Shown one piece after another: positions 8,153 through 17,700 of a stretch of 64,000 bases of DNA (positions within the stretch are counted from its first letter, which is position 1; each line of letters begins with the position of its first letter). Made by a program: the position numbers and the translations under genes. The notes under the pieces are model-generated. The model saw only the letters and a program-made list of their open reading frames with translations, was not told the origin of the DNA and did not search any database. The DNA lies in assembly GCA_028714495.1 (NCBI GenBank), contig JAQTMH010000004.1, positions 64,232 through 128,231 on the forward strand, given 5' to 3'. The stretch is from Patescibacteria group bacterium. Lineage in GTDB: Bacteria; Patescibacteriota; Patescibacteriia; JAHIZJ01.

Positions 8153-9499
8153 ATGAACTCGCCATTGAATCTGCCGAAAAAGATATTTCGTTCATACGAC
8201 ATTCGTGGAATTTACCCCACGGATATTAAACAAGAAGTGGCTTTTGTCATTGGTCAGGCGTTTGCCCAGTTAATCCAGGCAAAGAAGGTTGTGGTTGGTC
8301 GGGACGCCAGGCTGTCTTCGCCCGAACTCCACCAGGCGTTGATTGAGGGCTTGATAAATCAAGGAGTGGAGGTGCACGATTTGGGCTTAGTCCCATCCGA
8401 ATTGATTTATTTCGCGGTCGGGAAGTACGGCTATGATGGTGGGGCGATGATTACAGCCTCGCACAATTCCAAAGAATATAACGGTATTCGCTTTGTCAAC
8501 AACAAAGTCGAAATGTTGCCCGGAAAAGTAGTATACGAGTTTATTGCGAGTAAAAAGGCTTTTTCTCCCGCGGAAACACCGGGCCGGGTTGAATCTAAGA
8601 ATTATCTGACTGGCTATATTCAGCACGTGCTTTCATTTATTGACATTAACCAGGTCAAACCGTTAAAGATAGTAATTGACGCGGGCAACGGCGTGGCCAG
8701 TACCGTCATTCCGGAATTGGCCAAACGCTTGCCGATAAAAATATACCCATTATTTTTCGAGCTTGACGGAAATTTCCCGAGCCACTCACCTAACCCTGTT
8801 TTACCAGAAGCCCGGCTCGCCTGCAGTCAAAGTGTTCTAGAAAAAAAGGCTGATTTCGGGATACTCTTTGACGGCGACGCGGATCGGGCAATGCTTATGA
8901 CGGAAAAAGGCGAGTGGATACGCGGTGATATCGGCCTTCTGCTACTGGCGAAGCAGCTTTTGAAAAAAAATCCGGGCAAGGGTATTTCCTACAATGTCGT
9001 CTGCAGTCGCGCGATACCGGAAAAAATAATCGAATGGGGCGGACGACCATTGCGCACCCCCGTCGGTTTTGTGAATGTTTCCGGGGCGCTGCGGAAGTAT
9101 GATGGCGTACTGGGCGGCGAAACCTCAGCTCATTACTGCTTCCGTGATAATTATTACGCCGATTCGGGCATGATCGCTTTCGTTATAATAGTCCAGATGC
9201 TGTCTGAAGAGAATCAGACGATGTCGCAATTAGTTGCCGACTTGAATCCATATCATCGGATCGAAGAATATTTTACCATCGATGATCAACAGCCCATCAT
9301 CCAAGCCTTAAACCAAGACTATGCTGACGGGAAAAAAGATACCCTCGATGGTTTAACCGTCGAGTACGACGACTGGTGGTTTAATGTTCGGCCGTCGAAT
9401 ACTGAGCCGTTACTCCGATTGACAGTCGAGGCGAAAAGTGAGACACTTCTACGAGATAAACTCCATCAATTAAAAAAATATTTCATAACTAAAAGATAA
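8153..9499 (+). CDS. Phosphomannomutase/phosphoglucomutase
   Basis: FRSYDIRG, ITASHN, FDGDADR, GGETSAH, RPSNTEP. Confidence 0.95.
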   Translation: MNSPLNLPKKIFRSYDIRGIYPTDIKQEVAFVIGQAFAQLIQAKKVVVGRDARLSSPELHQALIEGLINQGVEVHDLGLVPSELIYFAVGKYGYDGGAMITASHNSKEYNGIRFVNNKVEMLPGKVVYEFIASKKAFSPAETPGRVESKNYLTGYIQHVLSFIDINQVKPLKIVIDAGNGVASTVIPELAKRLPIKIYPLFFELDGNFPSHSPNPVLPEARLACSQSVLEKKADFGILFDGDADRAMLMTEKGEWIRGDIGLLLLAKQLLKKNPGKGISYNVVCSRAIPEKIIEWGGRPLRTPVGFVNVSGALRKYDGVLGGETSAHYCFRDNYYADSGMIAFVIIVQMLSEENQTMSQLVADLNPYHRIEEYFTIDDQQPIIQALNQDYADGKKDTLDGLTVEYDDWWFNVRPSNTEPLLRLTVEAKSETLLRDKLHQLKKYFITKR

Positions 9500-9508
9500 T
9501 CATTATTT

Positions 9509-10942
9509 ATGAAAATCAATCCGTTCGTTTTTCGTAACTATGATATCCGAGGAATTGTCGATGTTGATCTTGACGTTGAAAAAGTTGAAGCAATCGGCAA
9601 GGCGTATGGGACGTTTTTGCGGCGCCGGAAAATACGCCAAGCGGTCATTGGACGCGATTGCCGGTTAAGCGGTCCTGATTACCAAACCGCGATGATAAAA
9701 GGCATGACCGCGATGGGTATTGATATGGTTGACTTGGGAATGGTGATGACTCAAATGGTTTATTATGGCCACTACCGTTTTCAGACAAATGGCGGGGTCA
9801 TGATCACCGCCTCTCATAATCCTTGGAATTTCAATGGCTTTAAACTGGGCGTGGGTTATTCGCAAACAACGGAGCCGGAACACGTTCAGGAGATAAAAGA
9901 TATTGTTGATTCGGACAATTATTTTAAATCCGATGAAACAGGTAAGGTTGAAAAAGCCGATATTACCGAGGATTATTATCACGACGTCTTGAAGCGCGTC
10001 AGGCTGAAGAAAAAATACAAGGTCGTGGTTGATTCACATTTTGGTACGACCGGAATGTATATCCCCGAGATTCTTAAACGGGCTGGTTGCGAGGTTATCG
10101 CAAAAAATATAAAGGTAGATGGGCATTTTCCGGCTGGCACGCCAGATCCGACTGACGAAGCACTTATGAAAAAGGTCAGAGACATGGTTTTGGAAGAAAA
10201 GGCCGATGTGGGCTTTGCTTTCGACGGTGACGGTGATCGGATCGGCGTGGTTGATGAACAGGGACATATCCTTTGGAACGACGTGTTAGTGGCGATATTT
10301 GCCCAGGAAATTCTCAGCCGTTTTCCTAAGTCGAAGATTGTGTATAACACTCTCTGCTCGCAAGTTGTACCCTTGGTAGTGGAACAGGAAGGTGGCATAC
10401 CAGTAATCTGGCGGACCGGCCATTCGTTTATCAAGTCAAAAATAGCTAAAGAAAAGGCGGCCTTTGGCGGTGAATTATCGGGTCATTTCTTCTTTGCCGA
10501 CAATGCTTATGGTCACGATGACGGCTCATACGCCGCTTTACGTCTTCTGGAATATCTCTCTGACCGAAATCTGACGTTAAGCCAGGTTTATGAATCTTTC
10601 CCGCAATATATCTCATCACCAGAGATAAAGATCGGTTGCCCGGACGACAAGAAAGCCCAGGTGATAAAAGAGATATCGGTAAAATTTCAAAAGGATTTTC
10701 CCGAGGGAAAGGTGACTGATGAAAGAGTAATTCCAGGCGATGACGGTTGTCGGATTGATTTTAAGGACGGCATGATGATTTTCCGCTATTCACAAAACGG
10801 CCCATATATTACAGTAAAATTCGAAGCTAAGGATAAAGAGACTTACGAGAAACGCCGCCTTTATGTCCGCGATACACTCAAATCGTACCCGGACATGATT
10901 TGGGAAGACCAGCTCTGCGTTAATTTAGCCGTACTTGAATAA
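9509..10942 (+). CDS. Phosphomannomutase/phosphoglucomutase (second paralog)
   Basis: FRNYDIRG, TASHNP, FDGDGDR, GGELSGH. Confidence 0.95.
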   Translation: MKINPFVFRNYDIRGIVDVDLDVEKVEAIGKAYGTFLRRRKIRQAVIGRDCRLSGPDYQTAMIKGMTAMGIDMVDLGMVMTQMVYYGHYRFQTNGGVMITASHNPWNFNGFKLGVGYSQTTEPEHVQEIKDIVDSDNYFKSDETGKVEKADITEDYYHDVLKRVRLKKKYKVVVDSHFGTTGMYIPEILKRAGCEVIAKNIKVDGHFPAGTPDPTDEALMKKVRDMVLEEKADVGFAFDGDGDRIGVVDEQGHILWNDVLVAIFAQEILSRFPKSKIVYNTLCSQVVPLVVEQEGGIPVIWRTGHSFIKSKIAKEKAAFGGELSGHFFFADNAYGHDDGSYAALRLLEYLSDRNLTLSQVYESFPQYISSPEIKIGCPDDKKAQVIKEISVKFQKDFPEGKVTDERVIPGDDGCRIDFKDGMMIFRYSQNGPYITVKFEAKDKETYEKRRLYVRDTLKSYPDMIWEDQLCVNLAVLE

Positions 10943-10953
10943 CAAATAAAACT

Positions 10954-11805
10954 ATGAATAATAATCGTGCCAGGCAAGTCATCCAAACAGCTGTTCGTCG
11001 AGCCGGACGATTATTGCTGAAAAACTTCAACAAAGTTCAAAGGGTCGAACTTAAAACCCGGAAGGATTTAGTATTAGCCATAGACGTTCAACTCGAGAAG
11101 ATGATATTGCGCGACCTCCGCCGGCATTTTCCGGAATATAACACTCTATCTGAGCAACAGGGATTTTCGGATCATGGCTCAGCCTATACCTGGGTGCTTG
11201 ATCCGATGGACGGCTCAGTTAATTACTTTAATGGCGTATTACCCGTTTGCGTTGGCGTAGCCCTGGTTTATCGCAATACGATAATACTATCGGCTGTGTA
11301 TGAACCCCTGGAAAAAAGGTTTTATTTTGCCGAGCGTGGTCAGGGTGCCTGGCTGAACGGGCGGCAGATCAAGGTCAGTCGGCATACGGACATACACAAT
11401 ACGCTGGTAATGACGCATTTGTCATCACGCCGGATTGCTCGCGCGCTGACGCTGAAAACATTTGGCCGACTCTATGACCATGATATGCGGATTCGGATGA
11501 ACGGGTCAGGCATTGCCGCACTAGCCTATGTGGCGGCTGGGAAATTTGATGTTTTCTACAACATCCTAACCTATCCCTGGGACATAATTCCAGGCGCGCT
11601 CTTAGTGCAGGAAGCCGGCGGGAAAGTGACGGATTTTCAAGGGCGGCCGATTACCCTGAAATCAACTTCGGTTTTGGGAACGAACCGCAGGTTTCATTCA
11701 ACCCTTCTTCGGCTAGTCAAAGACGCCCATGTTCCCAGCGAGGTAATACATAAAGCGGTTTTTCGATCAATACACGGAGAGCAAGGATTGAGAAAAACCG
11801 CATGA
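10954..11805 (+). CDS. Inositol monophosphatase family protein
   Basis: WVLDPMDGSVNY and PWDIIPGALLVQEAGG motifs. Confidence 0.92.
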   Translation: MNNNRARQVIQTAVRRAGRLLLKNFNKVQRVELKTRKDLVLAIDVQLEKMILRDLRRHFPEYNTLSEQQGFSDHGSAYTWVLDPMDGSVNYFNGVLPVCVGVALVYRNTIILSAVYEPLEKRFYFAERGQGAWLNGRQIKVSRHTDIHNTLVMTHLSSRRIARALTLKTFGRLYDHDMRIRMNGSGIAALAYVAAGKFDVFYNILTYPWDIIPGALLVQEAGGKVTDFQGRPITLKSTSVLGTNRRFHSTLLRLVKDAHVPSEVIHKAVFRSIHGEQGLRKTA

Positions 11806-12590
11806 TCGGTATTTTCGATTCAGGCATTGGCGGGCTGACAGTGGTAAAAGAGGTATTGAGGCAATTGCCGAATTACCAGATTGTTTATTTTGGCGACACT
11901 GCCCGGACACCCTATGGCAGCAAAAGTCCGGAAACAGTGACAAAATACGCGCTGCAAGACGCCCAGTTTTTAATTGACCAGGGCGCGCAGATTATTATCG
12001 TAGCCTGTCACACCGCCTCGGCAGTGGCAGCCGAGGAATTAAAAAAGCGTTTGGCTGTGCCGATTTTCGAAGTGGTCAGCCCAGCTATCCGAAAAGCGCT
12101 TGCCGTGACAACCAAGAAACGACTCGGGATTATCGGCACTTCAGCCACCATTGCCAGCGGAATATACCAGCGCCGGCTAAAAGAGGCGGATAGGGAATTG
12201 GAGCTGATAACCCAGGCTTGTCCGCTTTTTGTTCCATTGGTTGAAGAGCGCTGGGTGAAGAAACCGGAAACGAAAATGATTGCCAGACGCTATCTCTACC
12301 CCCTGAAACTTAAACAAATCGATACGCTGGTCCTCGCCTGCACGCATTACCCGCTCATGCGGGAGATTATTCAGCAGAAAATCGGCCAGCGGGTAAAGCT
12401 GGTGGATCCGGCCGCTGAGGTGGTTCAGGAGGTAGGCCAATATTTGAAACAACATCCGGAACTCGAACAAAAGCTCACCCGGGGCCAGGAACACAAATTT
12501 TATGTCAGTGATATCACGGATAAGACGCGGCAATCGGCCAAAGATTGGCTGGAGCGACCCGTGCGTCTTGAAAAACACCTGTTGGAATGA
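11802..12590 (+). CDS. murI: Glutamate racemase
   Basis: FDSGIGG, PYGSK, AC(H)TAS, LACTHYP with both catalytic Cys. Confidence 0.96.
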   Translation: MIGIFDSGIGGLTVVKEVLRQLPNYQIVYFGDTARTPYGSKSPETVTKYALQDAQFLIDQGAQIIIVACHTASAVAAEELKKRLAVPIFEVVSPAIRKALAVTTKKRLGIIGTSATIASGIYQRRLKEADRELELITQACPLFVPLVEERWVKKPETKMIARRYLYPLKLKQIDTLVLACTHYPLMREIIQQKIGQRVKLVDPAAEVVQEVGQYLKQHPELEQKLTRGQEHKFYVSDITDKTRQSAKDWLERPVRLEKHLLE

Positions 12591-12613
12591 AAGGTAGGAC
12601 GCAGGTCTAATTA

Positions 12614-12730
12614 ACAATTCAGAATGCAGAATGCAGAAGTAAGAAGGTCGGTTGTCCCGTTGCGGGACTTCAATAATTATTCCTACTGATCCCCGATCTA
12701 GTCGGGGATGAATTCTTAATTTCTTCATTC
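12614..12730. repeat. Heptamer repeats (AATGCAG) plus CCCCGATCTAGTCGGGG palindrome
   Basis: Palindrome recurs at 34541 and as a reverse-complement variant at about 1884. Confidence 0.55.
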
Positions 12731-12781
12731 GACCAAAAAGAAAAAGAGCGCTGACAAGAGTGTCAGGCTCTAAGAAGGTAC

Positions 12782-13108
12782 TCACGGAGCTTCGGGTTCC
12801 GCATGTTCTTCTTGGGTCGCGATGACTTCAGGGTTTTTCGGGTCATAGGGTCCCCACAAATCGACCAGATCCGGATTTCCGCCGGTCGTGAAAATGACCG
12901 GCTGCTTTAGGCCCATGCGATCAGTAAGCGGTGCGGCGGTGAAGGAAGGGCCTTCTGGACCCCAGGCTAGAACACGACCGTCCTCAGCGCAATAGATGTA
13001 TTCCATCCTGTCGTCATCGCACTCGATGTATGCGGGGTTGTCTGGTCCTTGGGGTAGAGAAGTGATCTGGCCGCTCCTCATGCCTTCTGGAAGTCTTAAA
13101 GAGCCCAT
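12782..13108 (-). CDS. Orphan hypothetical protein (stand-alone cassette)
   Basis: AGGAGG SD, TTGCTT-17-TACCAT promoter, terminator hairpin at about 12744-12772. Confidence 0.75.
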   Translation of the reverse strand: MGSLRLPEGMRSGQITSLPQGPDNPAYIECDDDRMEYIYCAEDGRVLAWGPEGPSFTAAPLTDRMGLKQPVIFTTGGNPDLVDLWGPYDPKNPEVIATQEEHAEPEAP

Positions 13109-13290
13109 AATACCATCCCTCCTATGTTTCTGTTCGGTTGACAGCGATAACTCCTAATGTTTCAATCCATTCAGATTTCCTTATGGTAATACGTTCGGCA
13201 AAAAAAGCAAGGAGTAAGCTTTTAATAAAAAACGTAGGCGAGGATGATTATCCTCGCCAACGGTGAATATTTATTACCTAAGTATTTATA

Positions 13291-14463
13291 TTATAGGCCC
13301 ATCTTTTTTTTCACTTCAGCCAGCGTCTTTTGGGCGATTGGCCGGGCTTTTTTAGCGCCGTCATTGAGAATCTTCCAGACTTTTTTAGGTTCCTTTGCCA
13401 GATCAGCTCGTTTATTCTGGAAAGGATTGAGTTTTTTAACAATCGCGTCGGCCAGCGCTTCTTTCAATTCGGAGTAGCGGATAGTTTTATCAGCATAAGC
13501 GGATTCGAACTTCTTGATTTCAGCCGGAGCGCCAAATTCCTTCAAAAGCACGAATAGATTTTTCACGCCTGGGCTCATCTCACCGCCTTCAGAGCCGACA
13601 TCAGTAACGGCTCGGCTGATCTTTTCGCGGATGGTTCCGGGCGTGTCGGTTAAAGCGAGGTAGTGCTTTGGCCCAAGGGATTTGCTCATTTTCTTGGTCG
13701 GGTCAGCCAAAGACATAATCCGTTGGGCCTGTGACAGCTGAGCTTTTGGCACGATAAAGGTCTCGCCAAACTGGCTATTGAATTTTCGGGCAATTGTCCG
13801 GGTCAATTCCACATGCTGTTGCTGGTCTTCGCCTACTGGGACGATGTGGGTTTTATAAAGCAGGATATCGGCGGCCATGAGAATAGGATAATTTAACAAT
13901 CCCGCCTTAATAGTGTTTAGCTTCGCATCAAATTCAAGCATGCCTTCAACTAAATCTAATAATTTCTCAGCTGTTTTTGTAGCTCTAGAGATGCGGTTTG
14001 TAATATTAGAAATATCGTTACTTCCATTAAGTATATTTTCATTTATAACTTTCCACGTATTCTTTAAATGACGAAAATCTGAATCATTAATTGATATCTC
14101 AAATTTCGGTTCATATGATATTTTATCCTTCCACTGTGTCATTCTTCTAAGCTCCCCGACAGGAGTTACAGTATTCAATAACCACGCTAACTCTGAATGT
14201 TCTGGCACATGCGATTGGACAAAGATGATCGATTTCTTCGGATCCAAGCCAGCCGCGAGATAGTCCAGGGCAGCGTTAAAAATACGCTGCTGCATTTCCT
14301 CAGGCTCGTATTTAACTGTAATGGCGTGATAGTCGACAACGCAAAAAATACAGTCGCTGGTTTCCTGAAGAATCAACCACTGTTTAATCGCGCCCAGGTA
14401 ATTGCCGATGTGGAGCATGCCAGTGGGCTGGATGCCGGAGAAGATTTTAAGTTTTGAGGCCAT
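13291..14463 (-). CDS. trpS: Tryptophan--tRNA ligase with a ~60-aa insertion
   Basis: SGIQPTG, HIGN, YPILMAADIL, VPVGEDQ.QH, KMSKS. Confidence 0.97.
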   Translation of the reverse strand: MASKLKIFSGIQPTGMLHIGNYLGAIKQWLILQETSDCIFCVVDYHAITVKYEPEEMQQRIFNAALDYLAAGLDPKKSIIFVQSHVPEHSELAWLLNTVTPVGELRRMTQWKDKISYEPKFEISINDSDFRHLKNTWKVINENILNGSNDISNITNRISRATKTAEKLLDLVEGMLEFDAKLNTIKAGLLNYPILMAADILLYKTHIVPVGEDQQQHVELTRTIARKFNSQFGETFIVPKAQLSQAQRIMSLADPTKKMSKSLGPKHYLALTDTPGTIREKISRAVTDVGSEGGEMSPGVKNLFVLLKEFGAPAEIKKFESAYADKTIRYSELKEALADAIVKKLNPFQNKRADLAKEPKKVWKILNDGAKKARPIAQKTLAEVKKKMGL

Positions 14464-14534
14464 AATGGTTATATTGTAGCACAGGAATTAGAAATGAAGA
14501 AGTTATGCGCCGCCCCATAAAGACCATAAGTACC

Positions 14535-14610
14535 ACTGTCATCCCGGACTTGATCCGGGATCCCATTATTTCTACTACAATGGGATCCTGAAACGAGTTC
14601 AGGATGACAG
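14535..14610. repeat. Palindromic intergenic element (GTCATCCCGGACTTGATCCGGGATCC...GATCCTGAAACGAGTTCAGGATGAC)
   Basis: Terminal CTGTCATCC/GGATGACAG inverted repeat with internal hairpins; related hairpins near 41752 and 49900. Confidence 0.7.
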
Positions 14611-14711
14611 ATGGGGGGCGGCGCATTCGGTTGTTTTTACCACTTTCCCGGATACCAAAACCCCATACCACGTTGGGTATGGGGAATGGTTATTTGAATT
14701 ACTGAAGTTCT

Positions 14712-17700
14712 TTAGTAGCCTGGGGCGATAGTGATGCCGCCGCGGAAGCCCTTGTGGTGTGAGAAGAACTGGGACAAGGCTTTACCGTTCCGGTCAAAGG
14801 TCCTGATTTGCGGACCCATGCCCTGGCCTGGCGCAGTCACAATCTCATTCGTGCCATCGCCGTTTAAGTCAGCTACGAAGGAGGTGAAATTGCCTCTTAG
14901 GCTTGATGAATAAGCCCAGAACTGGGAGAGCACCTGGCCATTCTTGTCAAACACCCGGATCTGCGGACCGGCAGAGGAAATCGGAGAGACAACAATGTCG
15001 TTGTTGCCATTGCCATCAACATCGCCGACTGAGGCATTTACGCCGCCCCTGAAAGTCTCGGCGTAGGCGAAGAAGCGTTTGATTAGAGTGCCATCGCCTT
15101 TGAAGATAGCTACCTGCGGGCCAAGTCCGGCTTTTGGACTAACCACGATATCAGCTGTGCCGTCGCCATCAATGTCACCAGTCTTTATATTGTAACCGCC
15201 GCGGACAGTGGTGGCATAGGCGAAGAATTGGCTAACCTGGGTGCCGTCGTCTTTGAGGACCCGGATCTGCGGACCGGCATTGCTTTCCGGCGCCACCACC
15301 AATTCATTTATGCCATCACCATTGGTATCTCCAGTCGCCACGGTTAAGCCACCTTTGTAAGAGCTGGCATAGGCCATAAATTGATGTTTAACATCACCCT
15401 TGTAATTAAACACGCGTACTTGCGGGCCACCACCAGACATAGGTGAGGTGATTATTTCAGCGATGTTATCGCCATTGACATCAGCCGCGGTCAAATTTAC
15501 GCCCATTCTCACTTTTGAATCATAGGCGAAGAATTGGTATTTGAGTTTGCCAGCGTGATCGAAGACTCTTATTTGAGGACCAGCACCAGCGCCTGGAGCG
15601 ACAATTATCTCGACTTCGCCGTCGCCGTCAACATCAGCCGTTGTGGCCTGGATGCCGATGCGGAGCGTGGAGGCATAGGCGAAGAAGTTAGCAATCACTT
15701 TACCGTTCTCATTGGCAAGGATCACTTGCGGACCGCCGCCTGATAGCGGAGTGGCAATGATGTCGTAGTTATTGATTTCATTTCCGGTCGCGCCAGCGCC
15801 GGTAGCCAATGCGAAATTCGTGAAGTGATCAACTGAGAAGCAAACGACATTATTTTCAGTGTCCTGGGTAACTCCGTTAGGTAACTGCCAGGCGCCATTG
15901 GTAGAGTTATAATACTTAGCTACCAGGTCGTCTTCGTTGACCCCCACTTCATCCAGCACGGCTTGATCATAAGGGATGCAGATGGTTACGTTGCTATTGA
16001 ACGACTCGATCAATTGCTGATTGCTGTCCAGGGCCGAGAAGTCCCAAGCGAAATTGATCGGCTTGGTGTCGTTGGTTCGATAGATATTTATGTTCGGTGA
16101 AGCCATGAAGGTCACGTCGCCTTCAGTAGCCAGGGCGTTGGCCGGAATGCTTACAGTAGTGCCATCGGGTAGAGTGATGTTGTTTTGATTTGAAGCGGTA
16201 ATTTGCTGGGTTAAACCTTCGGGAATCGACCAGGCCTTCTTCTCCAGAGTGAATGATTTAGTAACCTCGCCTTTGGCAGAAATCGTCACCATCGCTTCGT
16301 CAGAACGGTAGAATCCTTCAGTTGTGCCCATTTCGCAGCCAATATACCAAGTTCCGATAATCAATGGGATTCGACCGGTACCATCCATTATTTCACCGCC
16401 GGAAAAGCCGCCATCAGGATTGAAGGCATGGCACCAACCGAAGTTTACTTTTGAACCGTCGGCAAATGAAGCATTGGCAATGACCGTGGCATCAGCTTGG
16501 CGGAACTGCATAGTTACCGTAGCGGGCGAAGTCGGTGTAACCGTAATATCCTGAGCCATTTCTGGAGGCATCCAGTTATTTTTTGCCATTTCCATACCGT
16601 TGCCAGAACCGCACTCATAGGTATCGGCGACCAGGCGAACCACGCCAGTGCCACCTCGAACTTCAGAACCGGCATTAATTTCCTTGCCCCCCTCGAAATC
16701 ACCAGTTACTTTATTTTCATGGGCTCTTCGGTTTGAACACCAGATATAACCATATGACACTGGATTGCCGGACGGGTCGAGCAAATTGACTGTAATTTGC
16801 GAATCAGCTCGATAGACGGTAACGACTTTAGTGACAGTGCCGCCAACCGGTACGGTAAATGGCGCCTGGTCTGGATTTGTCTGGACAAAGTCAGGATTAT
16901 TTCGGAACCAATAGTTTAAGAAGTAGGCCTTGCCGCCTTTGACCGGCAGATTGAAACTGCCATCGGCCTGAAGACGGGTGTTCATCCACATGCCGCCGCC
17001 GTCTGATCCGGCATTGACATCAGCTTCAACATTGGTAACCTTTGTGCCGTTTTGATCTTGGAAGAAGCCGATAATATTCGCGTCTGGCGGTATCATGGTT
17101 AGCTTAACATCTTTTGTCTCGCCGGCCGCGATAGCAACTTCCACCTCCTCTTTTAACAGGAGAGTGGCTTGGTCAGAGGGAGTCTGGGCTCCAACAACAA
17201 AGGTTTCCCCACCGATCAGATGAATAGTGGCGGATCCGTTTTGAATGCCGTTGCCGAATTGATCGCCCCCCTTATTCCCACCGCTCTTTTTGCGGGCATA
17301 GGCATAGCCGAACATATTATTAATAGCGTTGCCGTTCGCGTCAACTAATTTTACGTTTATCGTGGCGTCAGCCAACTGGACCACGATATCTTCTGCAGTA
17401 ACAGTTTGGTTGGCAGACAGTATATAAGAAGGTCTCGGACCCGATTGATTTTGAATGTAGGTAGAATCAGGACCTTGGTTTATGCTGCACTCCCATTCAC
17501 CCGGCCAGACCCAGGCAGTATAGCTGCCGTCAGCGCCGGTTTGACCCTGTGTCCAGCCAAAGCCCTGCCGTTGATTGCAATTGACTCCAAGACTGGCGAC
17601 TGGCGTACCGGTATTGGTAATAACCCGGCCGACAATCCTGCTGGTTTTTTCCGACATGGTTAAGGTGCCGAGGTCGAGAGTTTGGTTAGCCGCAACTGTT

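Noticed and set aside
11802-12590. Genetic code 25 (TGA = Gly) recoding
   Set aside because: Conserved genes are intact under code 11, and TGA ends murI at the expected position.
13910-14121. Intein or self-splicing intron in trpS
   Set aside because: No C/S...HN-C/S/T ends and no group I P7 (R/S) motifs; kept only as an in-frame insertion.
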